Part shown: positions 25,091 to 32,535 of the stretch, one piece after another
Numbering within the stretch: position 1 is the stretch's first letter
How the letters are laid out: each line of letters starts with the position of its first letter
Assembly (NCBI GenBank): GCA_044346845.1
Contig: JBIIYK010000002.1
Location: forward strand, 1 to 41,156
DNA from: Minisyncoccia bacterium
Lineage (GTDB): Bacteria > Patescibacteriota > Minisyncoccia > Phycocordibacterales > GWA1-40-21
Direction of reading: 5' to 3'
Length of the DNA stretch: 41,156 nt
Notes under the pieces: model-generated
What the model was told of the DNA's origin: nothing
The model's input: the letters and a program-made list of their open reading frames with translations, nothing else
The model's database searches: none
Program-made: the position numbers and the translations under genes

Positions 25091-25474
25091 TTATTTTTGA
25101 TTCTTTTTGTTTAAATAACTTTGTAAAATTATAGCCGCCGCCGAAGCATCCAGCATCTTATTCTCTCCAGTAATCTGACTTGCTTGAACTGAAGTCATAA
25201 ATTCTGGTTCAAAGATTACCTGGAAACCCATTGTTTCCAACTGTTTACGAAAACCATCTATCTTCCACATGATGGTGTTTATCTGACCTTTATAGTCCCT
25301 TGATTCCCCCATCACTACTACCTCCACAACGTTCTTCATACACAAATCTACAATTTTCTTTAGTAATTCACTATCATTTACCAAAACCTCCCTGGGAAAA
25401 GCAAATTTTCCATCTTCATCTGACACCGCTATCCCCACTCTTTTCTCCCCAAAGTCTATCCCTAAATATTTCAT
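25091..25474 (-). CDS. ruvX: Holliday junction resolvase-like / pre-16S rRNA nuclease RuvX (YqgF)
   Basis: The N-terminus MKYLGIDFGEKRVGIAVSD is typical of YqgF. Confidence 0.85.
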   Translation of the reverse strand: MKYLGIDFGEKRVGIAVSDEDGKFAFPREVLVNDSELLKKIVDLCMKNVVEVVVMGESRDYKGQINTIMWKIDGFRKQLETMGFQVIFEPEFMTSVQASQITGENKMLDASAAAIILQSYLNKKNQK

Positions 25475-25571
25475 CCTTGTATCTTACACTATTTTAAGGT
25501 GTTTGATAAACCTCCCTAAAGGGAATATAATAATTTAGCAAAGTGTTTATTAGATTTTAATTATTAAAAAT

Positions 25572-25883
25572 ATGAACCCATTAATAACAGCCACACAAAA
25601 CTTAGCCGATGTTAACGGAGCGGTAAACATATCTCCGAAAATTCTTATTCTACTAGCAATTTTTATTCTCTGGTCCCTTATCTGGAAAGCCTTGGCCTTA
25701 TGGAGAGCGGCCCACAGAGAAAGTAAAGTTTGGTTTGTTTTATTCCTCATCATTAACACCGCTGGTATATTAGAAATAATCTATTTACTCACCACTAATG
25801 GACAGAGTGAAGACAAGCCTCGAATAATAAACCCTATCGCTCCAGAAAAGTTCACCCCAAGCCAAAACCAAAATTTATCTTAG
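25572..25883 (+). CDS. Small membrane protein, DUF5652-like
   Basis: Two TM helices with the core WK.LALW.AA......WF..L...NT.GILEI.YL, which I recall as typical of DUF5652. Confidence 0.5.
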   Translation: MNPLITATQNLADVNGAVNISPKILILLAIFILWSLIWKALALWRAAHRESKVWFVLFLIINTAGILEIIYLLTTNGQSEDKPRIINPIAPEKFTPSQNQNLS

Positions 25884-25956
25884 GTTCTGTTTGTTGTTAA
25901 TTTCAAATATGCAACCAGCCACCAAACTCCAAATGAAGAGCTGGTTTTACACGTCA

Positions 25957-26508
25957 TTACTCCCCTATACAATACCAGTGATCCTCTTCCCCTGTTCCAA
26001 GAATACTTTCCTTCTCCATATAAATTGACCACGAAGAATAACCCGCTTTGGGAAAATTCAAATCCATACCATCATAATAAAATTCTAGGAAGTAAGATCT
26101 CATTGGTTTACCCCCACAAAAAAGATTAAAATCATTTTCGCCATATAAAGATGATCCTGTAACGTAAGGCGTTCCATCAGGAAAGAGATAATGCTGAGAT
26201 GGAGGCTTTGAAACAGAAGGTATATACTTACCAGGCACCAACACATTTTTCAAATAATCTATACCGTTATATTGAGCACCATCCACCCCCTCATTCGGAT
26301 AAACTCCATGATCCGTCTTGTAAAGTTCAAAGGCTACTTTCAGTTGATTCATCTCCTGAACAATCTTAGCCGCTTCAGCTTTTTTTCTGGCACTAGTTAG
26401 ACTCGCTATCACAATACTTGAAAGCAAGCCGATTATAGAAATAACAACAAGTAGTTCAATGAGAGTAAACCCTTTTTTATTTGATTTATTTTTGCAGTTT
26501 TTTTCCAT
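25957..26508 (-). CDS. Type IV pilin-like protein (paralog A)
   Basis: Prepilin leader MEKNCKNKSNKKG followed by FTLIELLVV (class III signal peptide), and a C-terminal Cys pair (FCGG...YCIGE). The start is chosen by homology with paralog B. Confidence 0.8.
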   Translation of the reverse strand: MEKNCKNKSNKKGFTLIELLVVISIIGLLSSIVIASLTSARKKAEAAKIVQEMNQLKVAFELYKTDHGVYPNEGVDGAQYNGIDYLKNVLVPGKYIPSVSKPPSQHYLFPDGTPYVTGSSLYGENDFNLFCGGKPMRSYFLEFYYDGMDLNFPKAGYSSWSIYMEKESILGTGEEDHWYCIGE

Positions 26509-26518
26509 ATACATAGAC

Positions 26519-26597
26519 ATTGTATAACACTAAGAAATCATAGCAAGAAATGTTATCCCCTTTCTTAAGCTATAATCAATTTGTTGAAATCGCAATC
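26519..26597. repeat. Mosaic upstream region of pilin A
   Basis: 26519-26558 resembles 27524-27562 (upstream of the 27185 ORF). 26561-26597 resembles 28894-28930 (upstream of the LamG pilin) with 33 of 37 identities. Confidence 0.75.
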
Positions 26598-26616
26598 GTG
26601 GTAAGGGTTACAACTA

Positions 26617-27183
26617 TTACTCACCTATACAATACCAGTGGTCATTATCCTCCCCAGCAGTTTTGATTATTTCAACATCAAAAGTATTATCAACTGTGTA
26701 ATAACCGACCCTTGGAAAATTTAAATCGTGGTCACCGTTGTAAAATTCTAATAAATAGAATCTGAGTTTCTTCCCACCACAAGTAAAATTATAGGGGCTA
26801 GGACCTTCATCATTATACAAATATTTACCTGTAGCCCAAATTGCTGGTGAATAAAGTAAAGTGGGATGTCTTGTTGCGGGGTTTGAAATAGAAGGTATAT
26901 ATTTACCAGTAACTAAAACACTTTTTAAGTAATCTATACCCAGAGTTGTATAAGAATCAAGAACCCCATCTGGATACTTCCCATGATCAGTCTTGTAAAG
27001 TTCAAGAGCTATCTTAAGCTGATTCATTTCTTGAACAATCTTAGCCGCTTCCGCTTTTTTCCTGGTACTAGCTAGACTCGCTATCACAATACTTGAGAGT
27101 AGCCCAATTATGGCTATAACAACAAGGAGTTCAATGAGGGTGAAACCTTTTTTATTTGATTTATTTTTGCAGTTTTTTTCCAT
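26617..27183 (-). CDS. Type IV pilin-like protein (paralog B)
   Basis: The leader and N-terminal helix are nearly identical to paralog A (about 90% over roughly 70 aa), with the same C-terminal HWYCIGE and a divergent middle. Confidence 0.8.
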   Translation of the reverse strand: MEKNCKNKSNKKGFTLIELLVVIAIIGLLSSIVIASLASTRKKAEAAKIVQEMNQLKIALELYKTDHGKYPDGVLDSYTTLGIDYLKSVLVTGKYIPSISNPATRHPTLLYSPAIWATGKYLYNDEGPSPYNFTCGGKKLRFYLLEFYNGDHDLNFPRVGYYTVDNTFDVEIIKTAGEDNDHWYCIGE

Positions 27184-27184
27184 A

Positions 27185-27517
27185 TTACTTTATCAGACCA
27201 GATTTCTGAGCTTCTTTCACCTTATCAAAAAGAGCTTCGCCTATTAGACCCTGGTCTCTGTATTCTTGTATGATTTTAGCGTTAAAGTTAGTTACTTTGG
27301 GTATTATAAATCCACCAAAAACAAATCTATAAAAAATAAAGATCGTCAGGATAACCACAATAATAATTGTCCAAATTAAAAAAATATTCGCCTGTCTTTC
27401 ATCTTTCACCCAACCCCTCTTAATCAGAAAATTAACCATAGAAAACCCGCCAGAGCTTCCATGTTGGGCTCTATAGATTTTATTAAAATCTTTTTCTTGT
27501 TCGAATTCTACTTCCAT
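27185..27517 (-). CDS. Small membrane protein (about 110 aa) co-transcribed with pilin B
   Basis: One central TM helix. TACAAT(27524-27529c)-N6-ATG supports the start at 27517. Its stop lies 1 nt before the pilin B ATG. Confidence 0.5.
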   Translation of the reverse strand: MEVEFEQEKDFNKIYRAQHGSSGGFSMVNFLIKRGWVKDERQANIFLIWTIIIVVILTIFIFYRFVFGGFIIPKVTNFNAKIIQEYRDQGLIGEALFDKVKEAQKSGLIK

Positions 27518-27659
27518 ATATATATTGTATAACACTATGAAACTACAGCAAGAAACATATCCACATAATAAAATTAGGCAAAGTTAAGAAAGACAGAAAT
27601 TTGGACAATTATTAACCTTGCTCAACAACATCCTTTTGCTCATTAAAGTAACCCTCCGC

Positions 27660-28799
27660 CTATTCTGATTCTGTTCCCTCACCGTCATTCCAAATCTGAC
27701 AAACCTCAGTATCTGGCTCATCAGTACAATCAGTTTCCGGTCCAGTCAGGGCTCGGTTGTAAATACGAACATCGTCAAGAGAACCATTAAATGGGCTGTC
27801 CGAATAGGTTGCTCTCATACCAAGAGTTAAAAATGGTCCATCAGCATCTATGACATCAGTACCCAGACCAGTTGCGGCTGTTTTTAAATCTCCATCAATC
27901 CATAAACTGGCGTCTCCAGATACATTGATTGCCAATACACCATAATGCCAAGCCCCATCTCTCAATCCGGGTAGACGTCCACTATCTGGTGACCAGCTTC
28001 CACCGGTATTAGCGTTTAAACTGAGTAAATTATCAATAAAACCAAACTCAACTAGACCATCAGTACTTCCCCAATTAATCATACACTCCTCAAAATTAGA
28101 TCCTGAAGTCTTAAACCATAAAGAAATGGAAAAAGGGAGAGGTAGACCCTTAAAAGTAGTAGCTGAAATATAATCGCTACTCCCATTCAAACCTAATGCC
28201 CCACCAATCACCCCACTCGAATCAGCAGTACACGTTCCCGACCCGTCATTACCTTTAGTATCCTCAACGGTTGAACAATCAGCATCGTTCATTAAATAGT
28301 GTGCTACAAGTCCATCACCCAGAGTACTTCCTGTTTCTTCTCCTCCCGCCCCCGCCTCCTTCCCTAGAACAATAGTCTGACCCAGTTCAGCATATTCAGC
28401 TTTTAAACTGATAAGACCAGTGGTAGAGCCTTTGATCACTTGGTAACCAGTATAATCCGTAGTAGTAGCTAGAGGGTCTTTAGGGATAGCGGCTAGGTAG
28501 GTAGGGGCGAGGACAGAGAGATCGATTAGTCCAGAACAAGTTGGATCAGTGGTACCATCACCAGTATCACAGATTTCAGTCAGGGAACCGAGGACAGAAG
28601 TAGGATAGCTACCGTGATCTATATAATACTGCTGTAAGGCACTATTGATCTGTTTGATATCAGATTGTCTCTGGGTGTTACGAACGGTAGCTATCTGTCT
28701 ACTAGGGTTGATGGCAACTATGACGATACCAGCGAGGATGGCGATGATACCTACTACCAGGAGGATTTCGAGTAATGTAAAACCTTTTTTATGAGACAT
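27660..28799 (-). CDS. Pilin-like protein with a C-terminal LamG / concanavalin-A-like lectin domain
   Basis: MSHKKG followed by FTLLEILLVVGIIAILA is a prepilin signal. The C-terminal approximately 200 aa show the Laminin_G_3 pattern (GSSDYI...FSISLWFK...DGAWHYGVL...LWIDG...FNGSLDDVRIYNRAL). Confidence 0.8.
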   Translation of the reverse strand: MSHKKGFTLLEILLVVGIIAILAGIVIVAINPSRQIATVRNTQRQSDIKQINSALQQYYIDHGSYPTSVLGSLTEICDTGDGTTDPTCSGLIDLSVLAPTYLAAIPKDPLATTTDYTGYQVIKGSTTGLISLKAEYAELGQTIVLGKEAGAGGEETGSTLGDGLVAHYLMNDADCSTVEDTKGNDGSGTCTADSSGVIGGALGLNGSSDYISATTFKGLPLPFSISLWFKTSGSNFEECMINWGSTDGLVEFGFIDNLLSLNANTGGSWSPDSGRLPGLRDGAWHYGVLAINVSGDASLWIDGDLKTAATGLGTDVIDADGPFLTLGMRATYSDSPFNGSLDDVRIYNRALTGPETDCTDEPDTEVCQIWNDGEGTESE

Positions 28800-28893
28800 A
28801 TTTTAGTGATTAAAAATAATAAAACTACTGTGCCAGTATAGCATAGTAGTTTTAGTAAATGTATTGGCGGAGGATATGGGATGACGCTCCCGA

Positions 28894-28930
28894 TTTCTTA
28901 AATTGTAATCAATTTGTTGAAATCGCAGTC
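28894..28930. repeat. Conserved 37-nt element upstream of the LamG pilin (partner of 26561-26597)
   Basis: tttcttaaattgtaatcaatttgttgaaatcgcagtc versus tttcttaagctataatcaatttgttgaaatcgcaatc. On the minus strand it contains TTGCGA, the same -35 hexamer as the rplS promoter. Confidence 0.7.
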
Positions 28931-29034
28931 ATAATGATGACTCCCATTTTATTCAAGAATGAAATGATTGATTATAAAATGCAGTCCTGGTGAGGATTGG
29001 AACGGTTTTAAAAGAGAACACGTAAACACATAGC

Positions 29035-30012
29035 TTATTCCTTAGTGCTTATAAACTCACCTCCTGTTGGGATACCAGTACCTTTAAAATACACCAGATC
29101 TTCAGGCACTAGATTATCTTGGATTCCAAATTTATCAGCGAGACTTTTTATAGAATAGTAAAAAATATAATAATGTCTTAGTAAATCTAAACTTGGATCG
29201 TCCTTAATATTTTTCACCCAATGTTCTTGCTGTCCAGGCAAAATAACGTCTAGCAAATGATAATCCACAGTTCCATCTTCTTTGGTAAAAATAGTGATGT
29301 TATTAAGCCCAAATATATCCATCATCAAACCAGTCTTTTTCGTAAATTTAATAATCTTAGTCAAAATCTCCTTGATAACCTCAAGGTGTTTTTCATCTAG
29401 AGAACCATCGTCAAAATCTGATAAAAAATTCCTATCAACAAACCCTTTGGCTAAATCTAAGGCTTTTGGAACATCTCCAGCGTCACGAAATTCATCCCAA
29501 ATAATTAGGCTAGTACTGAAGTCATCAGTCTCATATTTTTCTGGGTCCATCAATTCTTTAGCCTTAGTTTGGGTTTCGGCGATTGTTTCAATTTCAAGGA
29601 CTGAACCTGAACTAAGCCCCTCAATTAATGTCCGAAACTCCCCACCATCTTCGGTCTCATTAAATATTCTTAATAAAATATCCTTAGTGACTGGAATCTT
29701 AACCCTAAAAACTCCATTTCTTAGTAGGTGTTCTTGACCAAAAACTTCAGCTAGATCCTTTTCAAGTTCCTTGTGTTCTTCTATAATCTGTAATTGTTTT
29801 CCTTCTCTATCACGAGATGTCTTAATCTCTAACAACTTAAGGATTTGGAATCTTACATCATCAATACTTACCTTTATTATTTTTCTATCACTTCCAGGAG
29901 TTTCAAATACCATTTTGTCTGCACCGATACCAAGCAACTTTAACCCGAACCCTTTTAATGGTTCGCTTCCAATAGCTTCCTGAACAATCCCTTCAAATTT
30001 TTCACCATCCAT
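29035..30012 (-). CDS. Hypothetical protein, possibly an atypical kinase-like fold
   Basis: LGIGADKMVFETPGSDRKIIKV looks like a Gly-rich loop plus Lys. MMDIFGLNNITIF and DYHLLDV look like catalytic-loop and DFG segments. This is a weak resemblance judged by eye. The track start at 30030 is a TTG; the first ATG is at 30012. Confidence 0.5.
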   Translation of the reverse strand: MDGEKFEGIVQEAIGSEPLKGFGLKLLGIGADKMVFETPGSDRKIIKVSIDDVRFQILKLLEIKTSRDREGKQLQIIEEHKELEKDLAEVFGQEHLLRNGVFRVKIPVTKDILLRIFNETEDGGEFRTLIEGLSSGSVLEIETIAETQTKAKELMDPEKYETDDFSTSLIIWDEFRDAGDVPKALDLAKGFVDRNFLSDFDDGSLDEKHLEVIKEILTKIIKFTKKTGLMMDIFGLNNITIFTKEDGTVDYHLLDVILPGQQEHWVKNIKDDPSLDLLRHYYIFYYSIKSLADKFGIQDNLVPEDLVYFKGTGIPTGGEFISTKE

Positions 30013-30062
30013 AGGATTAGAGTATAACAAAATTACAAAACATAAAATAGCTTTAAATCATT

Positions 30063-30215
30063 AGCGGAGGAGGTGAGAATTTCTCCCTCGGCTTAAACTT
30101 TTTCGTCAAAAAGTTTTGCCTGGGCACCGGCTCACGGTTTTGTTTGCCAACAAAACATCGTTCCGCCGTTCGAATCTCACACAGAAAGTATTCAGATACT
30201 TTCCTCTCCTCGCGC
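30063..30215. other. tRNA-Ser-derived, multi-hairpin structured element (candidate ncRNA, disrupted pseudo-tRNA or att scar)
   Basis: The 15-nt sequence GCGGAGGAGGTGAGA (30064-30078) repeats the tRNA-Ser 3' end (30253-30267). There are three perfect 8-9 bp hairpins (30095-30116, 30137-30156, 30184-30203). A TTCGAA T-loop-like core (30169-30174) is flanked on one side by the tRNA-Ser T-stem sequence. The termini are imperfectly complementary. Confidence 0.5.
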
Positions 30216-30220
30216 ATAAA

Positions 30221-30247
30221 AAAATCACGCTGTTTCCAGCGGATTTT
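30221..30247. terminator. Bidirectional terminator between tRNA-Ser and the structured element
   Basis: CGCTG-TTTC-CAGCG stem, extendable with one bulge, flanked by A7 on one side and T5 on the other. Confidence 0.65.
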
Positions 30248-30253
30248 TAAATG

Positions 30254-30340
30254 CGGAGGAGGTGAGATTCGAACTCACGGCACCCTTGCGAGCGCGACAG
30301 TTTTCAAGACTGTTCCTTTAAACCACTCAGGCACTCCTCC
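30254..30340 (-). tRNA. tRNA-Ser (anticodon UGA), type II
   Basis: Acceptor GGAGGAG/CUCCUCC plus G73, anticodon arm ACAGU-CUUGAAA-ACUGU, long variable arm, T-arm GUGAG-UUCGAAU-CUCAC. Confidence 0.9.
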
Positions 30341-30471
30341 GTTACTAGAGCATAATTACATAATTATACGTTATTTTCAAGCTGAATAGAATTCAAGCAA
30401 TCCAAGTATTTGATTTTAGATTGGCACGTGCTACACTTTGATTATTATTAATTAACAATAAACATATAGGC

Positions 30472-31065
30472 ATGGATAAAATTAATGGAATAGATAGTGG
30501 GATGGAAAAATTGACAGCCAGAGACCGGCTTATAAAAAGTGGTATTGCGGAAATGGTTCTTGAGGGTATAAAAAGGGCAGATCCCTTACGCGATAGCATA
30601 GAATACAATATAGACGAATATGATTTTACAGTTGAACAAGAATTATATTTAGACCCTAAAACTAACAACAAAGAGTCTCAGATAAGTATTAATATTACCA
30701 GGTTAGACTCTTCTATACCAAATACAGCTCCCCAATTGAGCCTAGCAAGCAGTGTTAGGATTTTTAAAGATGGTACTTTTGGCGCAAGCAACACGGAGCC
30801 CTTAACATCAGAACAACTAGCTGAGATTCAGAATATCTTAAAGGAACAAGCCCAATCAGGAGAAACACAGAGAATCCAAATTACCATGGAACAATTCGAA
30901 AAACTGCCAGATGGGACAGAACTAATAAATAGGGACGGGAAAAAAGTAATAAAAGGAGTAGATGATATTGACGATGGACGTATAAAAACTTTCTTATATT
31001 TCGTCTTTCTACAAGATGATGAAAACCTAGCTAAAATCCAAGAAGGTTTAAACGGAACTAGGTAG
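30472..31065 (+). CDS. Hypothetical protein (197 aa)
   Basis: Long ORF preceded by TTGGCA-N17-ATTATT. No recognisable motif. Confidence 0.5.
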   Translation: MDKINGIDSGMEKLTARDRLIKSGIAEMVLEGIKRADPLRDSIEYNIDEYDFTVEQELYLDPKTNNKESQISINITRLDSSIPNTAPQLSLASSVRIFKDGTFGASNTEPLTSEQLAEIQNILKEQAQSGETQRIQITMEQFEKLPDGTELINRDGKKVIKGVDDIDDGRIKTFLYFVFLQDDENLAKIQEGLNGTR

Positions 31066-31087
31066 CCTTAATTTAAAAATAGAATAT

Positions 31088-31116
31088 TTGACAAAAATAA
31101 TGTTCCGTGCCATACT
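31088..31116 (+). promoter_or_regulatory. Candidate promoter TTGACA-N17-CATACT for the GC-rich receiver-like gene
   Basis: TTGACA at 31088-31093, an exact 17-nt spacer, and CATACT at 31111-31116. Confidence 0.4.
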
Positions 31117-31140
31117 CCATTTTAGATTTGGTTATTTGAG

Positions 31141-31572
31141 TTGTTTGTTACAGGACTAAGAAAGGGTTGTGTTGTGAGCGAAACTGAAAAAAGTTACAAG
31201 GTCTTCGTCGCTGAACGCTATCCTTCCTTCCATCGTCTTTGGCCGAAAATGCTGGAAATACTGGCCCCCAAAGTGAAGGTGAACATGATCTTTGTGGATA
31301 CTCTCCAGGCGACTAAGGAGACACTCAACAAGGACCTGTTCAGCTTCGACCTGATTGTTATGGGTTGTTGTTTGGAAGGTCAGAGTCCTAACACCATGAA
31401 CCTGGTAAAAATGGCCAGAGAACGTGGTTATAAAGGGCCAATCATTGCCGTTTCTTGCGTCTGTTCTTATTTAGAACTACTTGTTGCCCAAGGAGCAAAT
31501 CACGTGAGTGATAAAAAGGATGTCGTGGAAAATATCCTGCGTCTTCTCGAGGGCCAACAAGCAAACACATAA
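31141..31572 (+). CDS. Stand-alone CheY-like receiver-fold protein (degenerate), GC-rich
   Basis: The pattern KVFVAE...FDLIVMG...PIIAVS resembles beta1, beta3 and beta4 of a receiver domain, but the acidic pocket is incomplete. The likely start is GTG 31174 after AAGAAAGGG; 31141 is a TTG. A sampled block is about 48% G+C. Confidence 0.45.
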   Translation: MFVTGLRKGCVVSETEKSYKVFVAERYPSFHRLWPKMLEILAPKVKVNMIFVDTLQATKETLNKDLFSFDLIVMGCCLEGQSPNTMNLVKMARERGYKGPIIAVSCVCSYLELLVAQGANHVSDKKDVVENILRLLEGQQANT

Positions 31573-31586
31573 ACAATCACTCAAAC

Positions 31587-31622
31587 GTAAAACCGCCCCA
31601 GGGTCTTAGGGGCGGTTTTTTT
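31587..31622. terminator. Bidirectional GC-rich terminator between convergent genes
   Basis: aaaaCCGCCCC-agggtctta-GGGGCGGttttttt. Confidence 0.8.
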
Positions 31623-31626
31623 ATTC

Positions 31627-32535
31627 TTATTTAATTTCCTTGTTCACTTTATGCCCACCAAATTTATTTCGCATTGCGGAAATAAGTTTACCAGCGTAAG
31701 ATGGTTTAGACCTAGAATCCTCTCGAACCTTTAAGGCATTTGTAAGGCTGGGCATAGTGTGTTCACCCAAAAGTTTTTTCATCTCCTCTTCTGTTTCCCC
31801 TTTTGGCACCTCGCCAGATATAGCGTCCAGATAACCATCTTCATTATAAGCCTCTGCCAACCAAGTCATAAGCTTGCTGTCCACAATACTACCGTGTGAA
31901 TAGACTTTTGATACTTCTTTTAAATCAATATTTAAATCAGAATTTTTTATTGCTTCGAAGCCCTCCCCTAAAGCAGACATCATCCCGTACTCTATGCCGT
32001 TGTGAACCATTTTTACATAGTGCCCCGCCCCAGAACCACCGAGATATGCAAAACCATCTGGCAAAGCCAAATCTTTAAAAATATCTTTTATATAATCAAA
32101 ACTTTCCTTATTCCCACCTATCATAAGACAGGCTCCATTCCTGGCACCACCCATTCCTCCAGAGGTTCCGCAGTCCATATAACTTATGCCCAGACTTTTT
32201 AAACTAGCGTATCTCTTTTGTGAATCCTTATAATAAGAATTTCCACCATCCACCACAATATCTCCCTCCTTTAATAGCGGAGTAAGTTCTGACAATACCG
32301 CATCAAGAGCTTCGCCAGCATTTACCATGAGCCAAACTATTTTTCTTTCCGGTAATTTTTGAACAAGTTCAGAAATAGACGCAGAAGGAATGGCCCCAAG
32401 CTTGACTGGCTCCTCCATTTTTTCTTGAGTTCGGTTAAAAACCACCACCTCATATTTATGATCAAGTAAATTAAAAACCATATTAGAGCCCATTCGGCCA
32501 AGACCAATAAAACCGATTCTTTTTACGATTTCCAT
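31627..32535 (-). CDS. gnd: 6-phosphogluconate dehydrogenase, short (YqeC/Gnd-like) form
   Basis: IGFIGLGRMGSNM Rossmann motif and the GGNS..KD and GH.VKM.HNGIEYG motifs. It overlaps zwf by 13 nt. Confidence 0.8.
   Translation of the reverse strand: MEIVKRIGFIGLGRMGSNMVFNLLDHKYEVVVFNRTQEKMEEPVKLGAIPSASISELVQKLPERKIVWLMVNAGEALDAVLSELTPLLKEGDIVVDGGNSYYKDSQKRYASLKSLGISYMDCGTSGGMGGARNGACLMIGGNKESFDYIKDIFKDLALPDGFAYLGGSGAGHYVKMVHNGIEYGMMSALGEGFEAIKNSDLNIDLKEVSKVYSHGSIVDSKLMTWLAEAYNEDGYLDAISGEVPKGETEEEMKKLLGEHTMPSLTNALKVREDSRSKPSYAGKLISAMRNKFGGHKVNKEIK

Noticed and set aside
25957-28930. A diversity-generating retroelement (TR/VR pair), or a CRISPR-like array, as an explanation for the repeated pilin sequences
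   Set aside because: The differences between the repeated segments are of all substitution types, not adenine-specific. No reverse transcriptase gene is present. The repeats are simply the conserved 5' and 3' ends and upstream regions of paralogous pilin genes. No short, regularly spaced direct repeats exist anywhere in the window.
520-29983. Numerous antisense or alternative-frame ORFs in the track: 520..798, 824..1090, 1348..1545, 2146..2421, 2612..3040 (set), 3401..3812, 5417..5695, 8769..9373, 10311..10766, 12233..12824, 13653..13886, 15089..15343, 17513..17707, 18983..19180, 20027..20242, 22797..23236, 24713..25114, 25300..25759, 29282..29983
   Set aside because: Each lies inside, and opposite to or out of frame with, a gene that has clear family motifs or strong start and stop context. 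Their products are low-complexity Ser/Leu/Phe/Ile-rich strings typical of antisense reading of AT-rich genes.
30063-30215. Reading the structured element as a suppressor/Sec-type tRNA (UCA in the loop of the 30184-30203 hairpin), as a retron msr/msd, or as an SRP/6S/tmRNA gene
   Set aside because: The UCA sits in a 4-nt loop on a perfect 8-bp stem, which cannot form a 7-nt anticodon loop. There is no D-arm and no intact T-arm. No reverse transcriptase gene is adjacent. None of the conserved SRP (GGAA tetraloop region), 6S or tmRNA (tRNA-Ala-like end, tag ORF) features are present. Genes in the window are intact under the standard code, so UGA recoding is not indicated.
30144-30389. The 81-aa plus-strand ORF in the six-frame track
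   Set aside because: It lies entirely across the minus-strand tRNA-Ser gene, its terminator and the tRNA-derived element. It has no start-site signals, so it is a spurious ORF.
30415-30440. A sigma-54 promoter suggested by TGGCACG at about 30423
   Set aside because: The required TTGC element at the -12 position, 5 nt after TGGCAC, is absent; the sequence continues GTGCTACAC. A sigma-70-like TTGGCA-N17-ATTATT reading fits better.
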